From Escherichia phage AV101: DNA of 64,000 nt. Numbering within the stretch: position 1 is the stretch's first letter; every line of letters begins with the position of its first letter. The notes under the pieces were generated by a model, which was given only the letters and a program-made list of their open reading frames with translations, was not told where the DNA came from and searched no databases. This document shows, one piece after another, positions 10,361 through 20,140 of this stretch. Both the position numbers and the translations under genes were made by a program. The stretch lies in the sequence record OQ973471.1. One strand, 5' to 3'.

Positions 10361-11020
10361 TCAGATTCCGTGGGCTTGTATTAGCTCACGGAGTCTCTGT
10401 TTTGAATATGTGGTATCCTCATCCGGAACCACAGCATTCGTCTTCCTGAGCAAGAACGCCTCTGAGTTCCAGTAGATGTCATCACGCAGAATCGTATCAT
10501 ATAGATGAATGAAACCAACGATCTTGTTCAGACCGACAAGGAACCAAATCGGGAACTTCTTGATGATGATGTCTGTCAGCAACGGTGGATGGCCTGTACC
10601 CGTCCCCTTGATGTACTCAATGAAGGTGCAGTTGCGCTCCCTTATGGCAGGGATCATCGCCCGCTCGAACTCCTCAAGGAAGTTATATGTGAAGTTCTCG
10701 TACAGCTTACGGTATTCATCATAATTGGCCTGAGCCTGGCGTGTAAGTAATGTCGTCACCCAGGTCTTGGGTGATTTGATGAAGTTGGCAATGATGTAGT
10801 TCTCTACCACTTCACCCTGTGATGACTCGAACCGACGGGCAAGGCGAGCAAACTGTTTGCACACGGCCTCCTTCGCCAAGAACGTCTCGAACTTGTAATT
10901 CATCGGTCCATACAAGCTGTAATCGAAGTCCTTAGTGGTGAAGTGCAGCTTGATCGCCATGAAGACACAGTAAACGTTGAACGCCCGCTCGAACTCCATC
11001 TTCTGCCACTCTGTTAGCAT
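10361..11020 (-). CDS. helicase loader (gp59-like)
   Basis: 219 aa; segment pattern matches the T4 gp59 sequence recalled from memory; AGAGGAA RBS. Confidence 0.45.
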   Translation of the reverse strand: MLTEWQKMEFERAFNVYCVFMAIKLHFTTKDFDYSLYGPMNYKFETFLAKEAVCKQFARLARRFESSQGEVVENYIIANFIKSPKTWVTTLLTRQAQANYDEYRKLYENFTYNFLEEFERAMIPAIRERNCTFIEYIKGTGTGHPPLLTDIIIKKFPIWFLVGLNKIVGFIHLYDTILRDDIYWNSEAFLLRKTNAVVPDEDTTYSKQRLRELIQAHGI

Positions 11021-11268
11021 TTGCGTTCCTCTTCTTTAATAAATTGCAATAACTCTTCCATCAGCCCTTTCTTCTTGATGAACTGTAACACCAGGATGAA
11101 GCGACGGAAGGAGCGGGGGACAACACGATAACCCTTCGCCCAGTAGTTCACAACATTAGAACAATCCAATAAACGAGCCAGCCCAGATTGTGACACCCCG
11201 AGGCTCAGCAGAACCTTGTACATGTACTTCTTGTCATTTACCGGAAGCTCTTTCATTCTTAAACTCAT
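11014..11268 (-). CDS. XRE-type helix-turn-helix protein
   Basis: LLSLGVSQSGLARLLDCSNVVNYWAKG HTH signature. Confidence 0.45.
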   Translation of the reverse strand: MSLRMKELPVNDKKYMYKVLLSLGVSQSGLARLLDCSNVVNYWAKGYRVVPRSFRRFILVLQFIKKKGLMEELLQFIKEEERKC

Positions 11269-11491
11269 GATACTTGTCCGCTAATGTCTTGTAATATTTG
11301 TTAGGATTATACTCCTGTTTGGAATAGTGAAGAGTAAGGGAAGTACTCAGACCTAGGATAATCACGACAACGAGCGCCTTGTGGTTATTGATCTCGGGAA
11401 TAGCTATCCACACCAGCAACAACACGAGCGAGCTGATAATCAAGGACAGCAAGAACGTTAATGTAATCACCAATGCGAATAGCTCGTCCAT
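11234..11491 (-). CDS. small membrane protein
   Basis: Two hydrophobic helices (LVITLTFLLSLIISSLVLLLVWIAI; LVVVIILGLSTSL). Confidence 0.4.
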   Translation of the reverse strand: MDELFALVITLTFLLSLIISSLVLLLVWIAIPEINNHKALVVVIILGLSTSLTLHYSKQEYNPNKYYKTLADKYHEFKNERASGK

Positions 11492-11495
11492 CAGA

Positions 11496-11729
11496 TCACA
11501 CCTCTTTGTGATTCTTCATCTTGCGGACAGTGCCCACAAACCCAAGATCCTTCCCGCAATGGGTGCAGATAGCATGGCAAGCACGGTTCTCACGATAGGT
11601 GCTGTGTTTGCAGCGCCATTGCTTGAACGCCGAACGGGCAACTGGGATCACGGCGATCAAGAAGACGATGCCGGATATCTGAAGTTCAACCAAGAACTTC
11701 GCCCACCAGAAACTTATGTACTCACCCAT
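11496..11729 (-). CDS. small membrane protein with C-terminal Cys cluster
   Basis: Start ATG at 11729 overlaps ligase stop (ATGGGTGA); TM helix then C..H..C.HC. Confidence 0.4.
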   Translation of the reverse strand: MGEYISFWWAKFLVELQISGIVFLIAVIPVARSAFKQWRCKHSTYRENRACHAICTHCGKDLGFVGTVRKMKNHKEV

Positions 11730-13152
11730 TACTCTTCTCCAACAGGAATGCGATGTTTTCGATATACGCTTTCTGTATCGCATAGACTTCATCCAGTGTG
11801 TTGGCCACTTTCTTGTCAATGCGGACTTCTACAAGGCGAGGTAGGAACAAAGACTTCATCGCATCATCTGTCTTATCCTGTACGCCATTGGAGAGCACTG
11901 CGGCGATCTTGCCAATGTAGTCGCCCTGGTTCTCCCACATATGGCGTCTCAGCTCATCTGAGATCCCTGATACACCAACAACAAGCAGGCCGTCGGAAGT
12001 TTTACAAATCAGTGAGCCAAAAGTCTTGGCGTGTTTACCCTTCTTGTCGGCCTCGTTAAAGCCCACGATTTCAAGGTCACACTCAACCTCCATCTTCAGC
12101 TTCAGACCTTCAGAAGAAGTACCATCTTCCCACGGCATGTCTGCGGCCTTACATATCGTGCCTTCTTCTTTGCGAGCCAGCGCGTCTTTGAAGTGGTCGA
12201 CGGCTTCGGCAAATGAGTGAACAACACGAGTTTCCTGAACCTGAACCAGACCGTCGTCTTCATCAAACAGTTGCTGGATGATATCGAAGCGGCGCTCATA
12301 CGGGGTGTCCACGCGCTGGGCGTTGAACCATTGTTCATATGGCACAACATCCCACACCCGGTAGATCACCCGATAACGATCTTCTAGGGGTTCTCCTGTC
12401 TGAATCACGCTGTTGAGTTTACCGTTACCGACAGCACGAGGCAGGATGGTATTCGACTTGAGGTCAACAACGAGAAGTTCACCATGGAACACACTCTCAC
12501 CAATCCCCGCATCGTAGATCAGGTCTTTGAACACCAGTGAAAGGTTATCAACCGAACCACCTGCGATAAGGGAACCGGAGCGAGAGCGAATCTCAGGCTC
12601 TTTATTGTAACGACAGATGATGTTGGCGAACATACCGTCTGACTTCAGCTGGCTGTAGACACCACGCTTGAAGTCCATCTTCTTCAGCAGGTCAATCGTC
12701 ATGTTGTCATAACGATGATATGGAAGGATGTTGATCAGGCGTCCAGTACCTCCGGCGGCGTTGAATGCAGCGTTGATGCCCTTCTCAGCGATACCCGCCT
12801 TGATATCACGGTCTAGGATCATCTGAATGAGTTCGTGGTATTGGGGATCCATCTTCAGGGCGACAGAGGCCAACAGGGCATCAGCCTTTTGGCCACCGAC
12901 AAGGCGCTGCGCCATCTGGTCGAGGACGTCATAGACTTCGCTGATGTCATCAGTCTTCTCACGGACGAGCATGCGAGGATACGCGCTGAGTTTCAACTCA
13001 GTCCGATAGAACGACATCATTGGGTCATAGACATACTGCAGGAAGTCTGCCAAGTCTGGGTTGTTCTTGAATGCTTCGGTCAGCACGGCTTTCTTCGCAT
13101 TGCTGCCTTTGGTTTCGCGAAGTCGGTGGACTGTTTCAAGGATAGGGATCAT
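11722..13152 (-). CDS. ATP-dependent DNA ligase
   Basis: Adenylation motif KSDG (..QLKSDGMF..), 476 aa; GGAG RBS. Confidence 0.8.
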   Translation of the reverse strand: MIPILETVHRLRETKGSNAKKAVLTEAFKNNPDLADFLQYVYDPMMSFYRTELKLSAYPRMLVREKTDDISEVYDVLDQMAQRLVGGQKADALLASVALKMDPQYHELIQMILDRDIKAGIAEKGINAAFNAAGGTGRLINILPYHRYDNMTIDLLKKMDFKRGVYSQLKSDGMFANIICRYNKEPEIRSRSGSLIAGGSVDNLSLVFKDLIYDAGIGESVFHGELLVVDLKSNTILPRAVGNGKLNSVIQTGEPLEDRYRVIYRVWDVVPYEQWFNAQRVDTPYERRFDIIQQLFDEDDGLVQVQETRVVHSFAEAVDHFKDALARKEEGTICKAADMPWEDGTSSEGLKLKMEVECDLEIVGFNEADKKGKHAKTFGSLICKTSDGLLVVGVSGISDELRRHMWENQGDYIGKIAAVLSNGVQDKTDDAMKSLFLPRLVEVRIDKKVANTLDEVYAIQKAYIENIAFLLEKSNG

Positions 13153-13265
13153 GTGGTGTCTCCAGGGTTATATGTGCTGCTATTATAACCCTGGGGACTT
13201 CAATAGATTATTGGCGGGTACGGGATCTTGCCTGGCCGATAATGAGGTCAGTGTGTAGTCCTCGG

Positions 13266-13607
13266 TTATTTCTTCGGGGGTTCAATTGAGGTGAAAGAAT
13301 CCTTCCAACTCTTGAATTTTTCAACCAGAGCTTCTTTACCCAGCTCGTCATTTGACACGCTGTGAATATAGGCGAATGCTCCATAGCCGGATCCTGACAT
13401 AGCCTTGCAGATGCGCAGACTGACCAAAGAATCTCCTACGGAAACAAGATAGTGGTCACGACGATTGTTCAGGGCATAATGGTTGTCGTGAAACTTGTCA
13501 ACAATAACACAGTTCTGAGGTTCGACGTCAATCGGTAGCCCGTTGGCTTCGGATCCGCCGCGCCCAAGTACGCAGCCTGGGAATAATGTTTCTACGAGTG
13601 TGGTCAT
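13266..13607 (-). CDS. hypothetical protein
   Basis: 113 aa; AGGAA RBS; TATAAT -10 element upstream. Confidence 0.4.
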   Translation of the reverse strand: MTTLVETLFPGCVLGRGGSEANGLPIDVEPQNCVIVDKFHDNHYALNNRRDHYLVSVGDSLVSLRICKAMSGSGYGAFAYIHSVSNDELGKEALVEKFKSWKDSFTSIEPPKK

Positions 13608-13859
13608 GGTATGTTCCTTCTGTAAGTTCCCATGTATTATATGGGTGAATCGTTTAATGAATTATTTGTTATGGAAACCCAGAGCCTTGTGGACTTCTTC
13701 ACGATTTTAATTTCGGCCTGAGCCTCTGTGTGATTATCCGGTGCTTGTGATGTCAGACGAGGACTTTGTAAACAGCATTGGCGTCAATGGCATCGATTAG
13801 ACAACGGATCTCAGCGCATCAGGGGCTTACCCAACAGCCAGTTGAAATACTTGCGCATG

Positions 13860-14072
13860 TCACTTCCTCATCAGTGAGAGCAGGTTGACCGTAGCCGGGC
13901 GCGCATCAGGGGCGTAGAAGACGTCCTGAGAGTGCCTCTTACAGCACGGGCAATCCTTCGTGGCGATTACACAGGGAGCCTTGTCCACGGCAAATCCAGC
14001 GGCTTCGGCTTCCTTCACAGTGGTGAACGGCAGGTAAGCACTTGTGCCCTGCCCTCCGCATGAACATTCCAT
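13860..14072 (-). CDS. small Cys-rich protein
   Basis: ATG at 14072 after AAGAGGAAA RBS; C.CGG...C....C.CC pattern. Confidence 0.4.
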   Translation of the reverse strand: MECSCGGQGTSAYLPFTTVKEAEAAGFAVDKAPCVIATKDCPCCKRHSQDVFYAPDARPATVNLLSLMRK

Positions 14073-14188
14073 CAACGTTTCCTCTTAAAGGGGATGACCA
14101 GGGCTATGATGAGAAGCATAGCTGTAATCATCCCACATGCTATCAGACCGAAGGCGAACGACTTCAGAACAAACTCAATCAAATTCAT
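14072..14188 (-). CDS. 38-aa hydrophobic peptide (not in ORF track)
   Basis: ATG overlaps stop of upstream gene (ATGA) and its own stop overlaps next ATG (TGATG); translation MNLIEFVLKSFAFGLIACGMITAMLLIIALVIPFKRKR. Confidence 0.35.
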   Translation of the reverse strand: MNLIEFVLKSFAFGLIACGMITAMLLIIALVIPFKRKR

Positions 14189-15378
14189 AATTTCCTCAAT
14201 TTGGCTCTGGTGACCTGAGTTTGTTTAACGCCGTTGTACTCAGTCAGTTCTTTGACACGACCACGGATGATCATATCGCCCTGCAAGAACTCTGTATCCA
14301 TATAAGAGGTCTTCCAGGTAATTGTATTACCTTCTGCTGTTTTGAAAGTAAACAGGTAGCTATCACCATATTCATTGGAGAAGAGGAAGGTGCGCTTGTC
14401 GAACCTGACTTGCACTTCCAGCATTTCACCGACTTCACCCACCCATTTGTTCTCCGCCTTGCGGTCAGCACGAGGACGATGGATGTAATCGTAATACTTC
14501 TTGGCACCCCAGCGGACTGTGTTGTTATCCTTGATGAGGTGATAACCGGGTTCACACATGCGTTTCAGGCGAACATTGAACTCATTAGATTCGGACAGCG
14601 CACTGATGAAAAGCTTCATATGGTACATTTCCGACTCGGCGTCTTCACAGTATTCGTGTGCCTTGTTTACGAAATACTCTTCATCGGAACCTGCTTTTGG
14701 TTTCTGATGAGACCGGACATAGCCCAGTACTTTGTCAAACAGTTCAGACTTGATATCCACGCCTGCCAGCATCACCTGGAAGCATGCACGCAGGAAACTG
14801 TGGGTGTCAGTGAAGCGCTCATTTTGGACGCGATATATACCCTCTGGGTCGTCCTCGTCTGGCATGAAGAACTCTTGGATTTCCAGATAGTAAGACATAA
14901 TCGCGTCAAGCGATTTCTGATGAGGTACATAATGATGCATACAGGTGCTACCAATCAGCATCTGGGCATGCGTTTCCTCATTTTCAATCACATACGTGTT
15001 CTTGCGACGGATGACTAGATTGCAATGCTGACACCAAGAGACGTTCTCTGTCTCGAAGCGACGGATGAATTCTGGGTTGATGTTGTCAACCAGTTTGTTC
15101 AGAATGACCTTTGGATATTCATGATTGAACTGACCGATGATCTTCCAGCCACCATAAGAGACGGGGCGGTCAATGCCTTCGCCTTCGAGAGTAACAGGTT
15201 TCCACCAGTGAGTAAGGATCTCACCAGTGAAGTCGCGGGTGTGGGTTTTGAAGGGTTCACCATAAGTCACAGTCGGAAACGGAACACCCAACCTTTCGGC
15301 AGTGCGCTCGAGCTTCTTCAGTCGCTCAACTACCAACCCTTCATTGTCGATCGGAATATTGAATGTTTTGACGTTCAT
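14185..15378 (-). CDS. hypothetical protein with putative zinc-binding Cys/His cluster
   Basis: Start refined to ATG 15378 (GAGG RBS); WCQHCN...STCMHH cluster; own promoter and terminator. Confidence 0.45.
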   Translation of the reverse strand: MNVKTFNIPIDNEGLVVERLKKLERTAERLGVPFPTVTYGEPFKTHTRDFTGEILTHWWKPVTLEGEGIDRPVSYGGWKIIGQFNHEYPKVILNKLVDNINPEFIRRFETENVSWCQHCNLVIRRKNTYVIENEETHAQMLIGSTCMHHYVPHQKSLDAIMSYYLEIQEFFMPDEDDPEGIYRVQNERFTDTHSFLRACFQVMLAGVDIKSELFDKVLGYVRSHQKPKAGSDEEYFVNKAHEYCEDAESEMYHMKLFISALSESNEFNVRLKRMCEPGYHLIKDNNTVRWGAKKYYDYIHRPRADRKAENKWVGEVGEMLEVQVRFDKRTFLFSNEYGDSYLFTFKTAEGNTITWKTSYMDTEFLQGDMIIRGRVKELTEYNGVKQTQVTRAKLRKL

Positions 15379-15421
15379 TTCCAGCCTCATGATGTAGTTG
15401 TAACTCTTCAATACAGATTAA

Positions 15422-15450
15422 ATATTAGGCGATTATTTCTTGAAAGTAAA
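15422..15450 (-). promoter_or_regulatory. putative sigma70-type promoter TTTACT-17-TAATAT
   Basis: Minus-strand hexamers with 17-nt spacer upstream of gene starting at 15378. Confidence 0.4.
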
Positions 15451-15462
15451 GTTATTGAAGTT

Positions 15463-15486
15463 AAAAAGCCCAGTACTTGACTGGGC
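15463..15486 (-). terminator. intrinsic terminator
   Basis: Stem GCCCAGT/ACTGGGC with 5-nt loop followed by T-run on minus strand. Confidence 0.6.
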
Positions 15487-15505
15487 TTCTTGGTGTTCTA
15501 TTGAC

Positions 15506-15820
15506 TTATTCGCCACTGGCATTCGGATCTCGATCGGGCTTGGCGTTCGGGAATAGAGACTCGTATAAGTCTTGATATTTCTCGCTCGTTTCGATCGTCT
15601 TATGGTAAGTTCCATTGGCGCGGTCGGATACAACCTTGCGCAAGTCGCTGGCCTTGATACCCGTGTCTTTCGCCAGCTCGGCCAGAGTCTCAGTAATGAA
15701 AGTCTGTTCTGACTTGATGCGGACCTGGGCGGCACGACAGTTTTCAATTGCACCTATCAGCTTGCGACGGGATTCAGGATCAGATGGTAGTACATAAAAG
15801 CCGATTTGTTCTACAGACAT
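15506..15820 (-). CDS. hypothetical protein
   Basis: AGAGGAA RBS; 104 aa; followed by intrinsic terminator. Confidence 0.45.
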   Translation of the reverse strand: MSVEQIGFYVLPSDPESRRKLIGAIENCRAAQVRIKSEQTFITETLAELAKDTGIKASDLRKVVSDRANGTYHKTIETSEKYQDLYESLFPNAKPDRDPNASGE

Positions 15821-15835
15821 TTGGTGTTCCTCTTG

Positions 15836-16171
15836 TTAAGATCTCATACCTTGTGGGATCAGATTAGTCCCGCAACGGCGTAAAAAGAAGTTTACGATTG
15901 AGTGATACTGGAACTTCGGGATGATCTCTACACCATCTTCCGTCGTATACCATTCCACTGTGTTGGTGCGCACTGGAAGGGGAAATGACGGCAGATCCAG
16001 CTGTACGAGTTCACCCTCTTGGCATATCATACCAATTCCATATTCCTCCCAGATTTTACGATTGTTGAAGAACTCCAGAGTCTGCTCCGGACTCAGCTCA
16101 ATCGCTTGTTTGGTGTGGCACACCTGTTTGGCGGCCTGCACCAGGCCAGCCATAAAATCATTGTGTGACAT
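15836..16171 (-). CDS. hypothetical protein
   Basis: AGGAG RBS; TTCAAT-16-TATAAT promoter upstream. Confidence 0.45.
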   Translation of the reverse strand: MSHNDFMAGLVQAAKQVCHTKQAIELSPEQTLEFFNNRKIWEEYGIGMICQEGELVQLDLPSFPLPVRTNTVEWYTTEDGVEIIPKFQYHSIVNFFLRRCGTNLIPQGMRS

Positions 16172-16203
16172 GATGTGCTCCTGGTTTACATTCAGATCAT
16201 AGA

Positions 16204-16231
16204 ATTATACCCTATGACCTGCTTTATTGAA
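16204..16231 (-). promoter_or_regulatory. putative sigma70-type promoter TTCAAT-16-TATAAT
   Basis: Minus-strand hexamers with 16-nt spacer upstream of gene starting at 16171. Confidence 0.4.
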
Positions 16232-16235
16232 TTGC

Positions 16236-17660
16236 CTAGAATTTCCAATTATTGACTGTTTGGGCTTTCTGCTCATCACTGGCAGTAGCCCCGGACTTGT
16301 TGAGGTCATGTTTGATGTGTACGTTTTCGACATATTTGGCCTCAGCCTCAGTCAGGTCCTTCTTAACTTCGTTCCAGTCCAGGTCAAACAGGATCTGTTT
16401 GTCTTGGTCCATACCAAACAGGAATGATTTCAGCTTCTGCTTGTTGGCATAACGGTTCTTGAGTATTGAGGCTCGGGCTTTCTTGACCGCCGCCAGTTCG
16501 TCAGGAGCATAGAATGCCATGATGAAGTCGGCCACCTTCGGAATACCGATAGCATCTGCCAAATCACTGATTCCACCATCAGTGCTATTCTGATTCTCAC
16601 GATTGAACTGCATACCAGTCCATACAGGGACATCAAACTCAAATCCCAGCGCACGAAACTCACGAGCCACAGACGTGTAATAGACGTTCGTGTTCTGCAT
16701 CAGGTGGGCAGGCAGGCGCGAGGAAGCAGCTTCGCCAAGATAGTCAATAACGATAACATCAGGAGCACGACCAGTTGCCTGGATGTACTCAAGGATATCG
16801 CGGCGGAATAAACCTGTGTGTCCGGTACCGGAAGGATATTCCTTGATGACGATATCACCCTTGGGCGCACCATCTTGGCGACTGCGGAGCTTCTCTATCG
16901 TTGCAATATACTCGTGCCTTGTGAGTTTCTCTAAAGACTCAAAGTCACGACGCATGATACGGGCATCAAGACGGTGTCGCCAGACGTTCTCGGCCACTTC
17001 AAGGGTGAAGACAAAGACGTTCAGCCCCTGCTCCGAGTACCCTGCGGTCAGGTCAATCAGCGTTGTGGTCTTACCTGCGTTGATCGCACCTGTTACGATG
17101 TTCAGTGTCTTCTTACCAACGCCACCACGTGTCGCCTTATTGAATATCTCAACTGCGAACGGGATCTTGGCCTCGTTGGAGTTCATGTGGTCATACTGCT
17201 CTGCCGCCATCTCCCAATAGATGTGACCGAGGTATGAATCAAACCGGATCGCCAGGGCTTCCTGCAACATGGTCGGGATGTTGTTCATCTCGTCCTTGCG
17301 CTTCTCGTCACCGTAGATGTTAACGGCGGTCTTGATTGCGTTGTGTACGGCCTTTTGCCGCGCCCAAGCCTCGGTTTCCTTCGCCAGCCACTCTTCATTG
17401 AAGGTGTTGTCGTTGATGTTCTCCAGGGCAGATACCGCCTGGTCAAACACATATTCGTTCAGCTTTGTCCGTTCAAGAATTATAGATAGTGCTTCGACAG
17501 ACGGGCGGGCATTGTACTCTGAGGTATAACTGTCAATCAGACCAAAGATGACCTTTTCGCCTTCGTTGTCAAAATAATCGGCTTTCAGGTACGGCAGGAT
17601 CTTTCTTTGGTAATCTTCATTGTAAATCAACTGTGAAAGCACGACAGATTCGAGTAACAT
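16236..17660 (-). CDS. replicative DNA helicase (DnaB family, gp41-like)
   Basis: Walker A GAINAGKTT, DnaB-like architecture, 474 aa. Confidence 0.85.
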   Translation of the reverse strand: MLLESVVLSQLIYNEDYQRKILPYLKADYFDNEGEKVIFGLIDSYTSEYNARPSVEALSIILERTKLNEYVFDQAVSALENINDNTFNEEWLAKETEAWARQKAVHNAIKTAVNIYGDEKRKDEMNNIPTMLQEALAIRFDSYLGHIYWEMAAEQYDHMNSNEAKIPFAVEIFNKATRGGVGKKTLNIVTGAINAGKTTTLIDLTAGYSEQGLNVFVFTLEVAENVWRHRLDARIMRRDFESLEKLTRHEYIATIEKLRSRQDGAPKGDIVIKEYPSGTGHTGLFRRDILEYIQATGRAPDVIVIDYLGEAASSRLPAHLMQNTNVYYTSVAREFRALGFEFDVPVWTGMQFNRENQNSTDGGISDLADAIGIPKVADFIMAFYAPDELAAVKKARASILKNRYANKQKLKSFLFGMDQDKQILFDLDWNEVKKDLTEAEAKYVENVHIKHDLNKSGATASDEQKAQTVNNWKF

Positions 17661-17666
17661 TGGCCA

Positions 17667-17996
17667 CTACCCCACCAAAAATTTATTATATTCCTGAGCA
17701 TTACGCTGCATGAGGTCTACAAGGATATCCCCTGACACCTCAGTGAACAAGTCATTTTCTTTCAAATTCACAAACATCAGACGCAATGGTTTCTTCAATA
17801 TATCAGTCACGAAAGACAGGCGGGGTTCGCCGTCCACTTCGTTGATGGCCACCTTGCCGAACCGGAATTGAACACCACGGAATTTGCCAGAAGTGATCTT
17901 GATGATCGCCAGCTGTTCAGCACCAGGGTCGATGATTGTGTAGTTATTGGGGGAGTCTCCTCCCCCTCCACTGTTATTCGCTTGTGTTGATAACAT
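17667..17996 (-). CDS. hypothetical protein (position equivalent to T4 gene 40)
   Basis: Between uvsX and helicase; ATG at 17996 (track start 18047 is GTG). Confidence 0.35.
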   Translation of the reverse strand: MLSTQANNSGGGGDSPNNYTIIDPGAEQLAIIKITSGKFRGVQFRFGKVAINEVDGEPRLSFVTDILKKPLRLMFVNLKENDLFTEVSGDILVDLMQRNAQEYNKFLVG

Positions 17997-19059
17997 GGTC
18001 CATTTGCTCCAGCATGTTCGCAGGCATAACAGTACCGTTAGAAACACCGAACATCTTCTTCACGTCATTGGCGAAGTCAACATTCTCCAGTAGCGGATAC
18101 CAGAAATCATCGCCCATCTGGCGCTTCTGATATTTCTTTTCCTTCTCGGGATCGAAACCACCCTTGGCTGTACGCACATACCAGCCGGAAGACGGCATAT
18201 CAACATAACCCAGAGCACGAGCGATCTCAAGCAGGCCGCTCCAGCGATCAATACCGCCGTTGTACAGTACCGTCACAGGGAGCTTGGCTTTCTCTTTGAC
18301 ATGGCGACCTTTCATGATGCTTATGTTGAAGTTCCAGCCCAGCAGATCTTTGTCTTCCTTCACCTGAGAACGGGTGATAAACCAGATCAAGTTGGATGAT
18401 AAGAAGCCCTGCTTGCCGCCTTTGATGTTAGGCTCGGCATACTGGTTGCCGATCTCATCGTAATAGGAGTTGATCCAAACACACACGAGATTTTTGCTGT
18501 TGATTTCAGGAGTCATGACACGCCAGAAGCTGTTGAGGGCACGGGCGCGGGTCATGTCTTGAGTGTCGTTCCCTTTGATCGCATCTTCAACTTCCTTGGT
18601 GGAGGGAAGTTGGCTGATAGAGTCGATGAAGATTATAACATGGTCGCCTTTCTTGACTTCCTGTAGGATCTGCAGCAAGCGGATCTTGGTCTGTTCAACG
18701 TTGTCGATCGGTACGTACAGGACGCGGTCCATGTCAATGCCCATAGAGGTCCAGTAATCAGCGTTGGCACCCTTTTCCGAGTCAGCAAATACACAGATAG
18801 CATCAGGGAACTTGTCCATATAAGCCTTGACGTCCACCAGACCGAACATCGTTTTGAAGGTACGGGAATCACCCACCATCATCTTGATACCGGAGATCAG
18901 GCCGCCGTCAATACGCCCAGACCATGCGATGTCGATCAGGGGAATACCAGTAGAACATATGATAGACGGTTCCAGAGCGTCTGATTGGGACAGTACTGAA
19001 GCCTGGTCGTCATGTTTCTTGGCAACCTTCAGCATGCGGTCCATTAATGAACTGGCCAT
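17974..19059 (-). CDS. uvsX: UvsX recombinase (RecA-like)
   Basis: RecA-fold motifs (MMVGDSRTFKT, IIFIDSISQL); 361 aa; AGAGGAAG RBS. Confidence 0.85.
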   Translation of the reverse strand: MASSLMDRMLKVAKKHDDQASVLSQSDALEPSIICSTGIPLIDIAWSGRIDGGLISGIKMMVGDSRTFKTMFGLVDVKAYMDKFPDAICVFADSEKGANADYWTSMGIDMDRVLYVPIDNVEQTKIRLLQILQEVKKGDHVIIFIDSISQLPSTKEVEDAIKGNDTQDMTRARALNSFWRVMTPEINSKNLVCVWINSYYDEIGNQYAEPNIKGGKQGFLSSNLIWFITRSQVKEDKDLLGWNFNISIMKGRHVKEKAKLPVTVLYNGGIDRWSGLLEIARALGYVDMPSSGWYVRTAKGGFDPEKEKKYQKRQMGDDFWYPLLENVDFANDVKKMFGVSNGTVMPANMLEQMDHVINTSE

Positions 19060-19586
19060 TTCACTTCCTCTTTGTTGTTAATCGTCGTTAGTAAGTCTAC
19101 ACCCATAACCTTCTGGGACAAAATGTTAACCGCCTCTTGGATGCTCTTCAGGGACATTGTCTCAACAAGCGACGATGCGTCATTATGCCGGTCGGTTAGG
19201 TACATATTGCGCAGATTGTTGTAGTTCGTGCGGTTGATGCACGCAGTGTTCAGTGCTATATTCAGGATATACATTATCTGTTCAATGGTTACATCCTTTG
19301 GCATAGCGTGGATGTAATAGATCGAGCCTTCAAAATAGACGTCTACCAGTTCATCTGGTATCTTGATGCCACCACTGGCATACTCTTCGATCATTCTGAA
19401 CAGAGACTCTGGTTGCTCGCTGGCGATCTTATGCGTAACAGTCGCCGAAAGACCGTCGCCCGGTTTAACAGGCCTGTTGTATTCAGTAAGGAATACATTA
19501 TGTCCGCCGCCGATGATGTGCTCGGCGAATTTGGAAGATGCCTGAGCAGCGTTCTCCGCATGGTATGAAACGACGACTGTAAACAT
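19044..19586 (-). CDS. hypothetical protein (last gene of nucleotide-modification operon)
   Basis: Start ATG overlaps upstream stop (TAATG). Confidence 0.4.
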   Translation of the reverse strand: MFTVVVSYHAENAAQASSKFAEHIIGGGHNVFLTEYNRPVKPGDGLSATVTHKIASEQPESLFRMIEEYASGGIKIPDELVDVYFEGSIYYIHAMPKDVTIEQIMYILNIALNTACINRTNYNNLRNMYLTDRHNDASSLVETMSLKSIQEAVNILSQKVMGVDLLTTINNKEEVKWPVH

Positions 19587-20140
19587 TAGAACTCCAGGGT
19601 CAGAGGGGTTTCTGCGGACTTATCGTAATCCGCGCCACCAGCAGCACGCAGGCGATTGCGATCGTTCTTGCGTTTGTGTGCCAGTATGTAAGTCTCAATG
19701 TCGATCTCCATATAAGAACACGCAGACGACAGGAAGAACATGAGAGTCTCAACGCAAGGATCGTTCATGAATTGCCCAAGGCGGTACGTAACATTGCGAT
19801 GCCCTACAACACCCAAAGCAGGTGGGGTGAATTCGCGATTACTAAGGACTTCAAATTCTTCTTCGATCTCACCTTTGGTGCGGTCCACAAGGATGAAGCA
19901 CAACATGAAGTGTACCACGTCCACCAGTTCATAAACTGCGTTCGTATGGTCAAACCCGATGTCGTTGCCATAGACCTTCCAGTCACGGGTGGTTTCATCA
20001 AGGAACTCTGCCCACTCACGATAGATAGAGTTGATGACTGCGTTCTGACTCCATACATTCTTCCACTCTTCCCCAAAGTAGGCCACGTTAGTGGCCTTTT
20101 GGAGTTCGAGCAGGCTTTTGATATGCCCTGCTGTGATCAT
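19586..20140 (-). CDS. MazG-like all-alpha NTP pyrophosphatase (dCTPase gp56-like)
   Basis: REWAEFLDE and YELVDVVHFML motifs resemble MazG/gp56 acidic helices; ATGA coupling. Confidence 0.45.
   Translation of the reverse strand: MITAGHIKSLLELQKATNVAYFGEEWKNVWSQNAVINSIYREWAEFLDETTRDWKVYGNDIGFDHTNAVYELVDVVHFMLCFILVDRTKGEIEEEFEVLSNREFTPPALGVVGHRNVTYRLGQFMNDPCVETLMFFLSSACSYMEIDIETYILAHKRKNDRNRLRAAGGADYDKSAETPLTLEF

Noticed and set aside
13608-13859. 252-bp intergenic region examined for RNA genes or small ORFs
   Set aside because: Only very short frames without RBS; a TATAAT -10-like element fits a promoter for the downstream minus-strand gene.
14221-15018. 265-aa plus-strand ORF
   Set aside because: Lies entirely antisense to the 397-aa minus-strand gene, which has an RBS, promoter and terminator; the plus-strand frame has no RBS and low-complexity composition, so it is a shadow ORF.
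14185-15411. Possibility that this Cys-cluster protein is the primase
   Set aside because: A clear gp61-type primase with zinc ribbon and Toprim motifs is present at 41062-42120; this protein lacks a Toprim motif.
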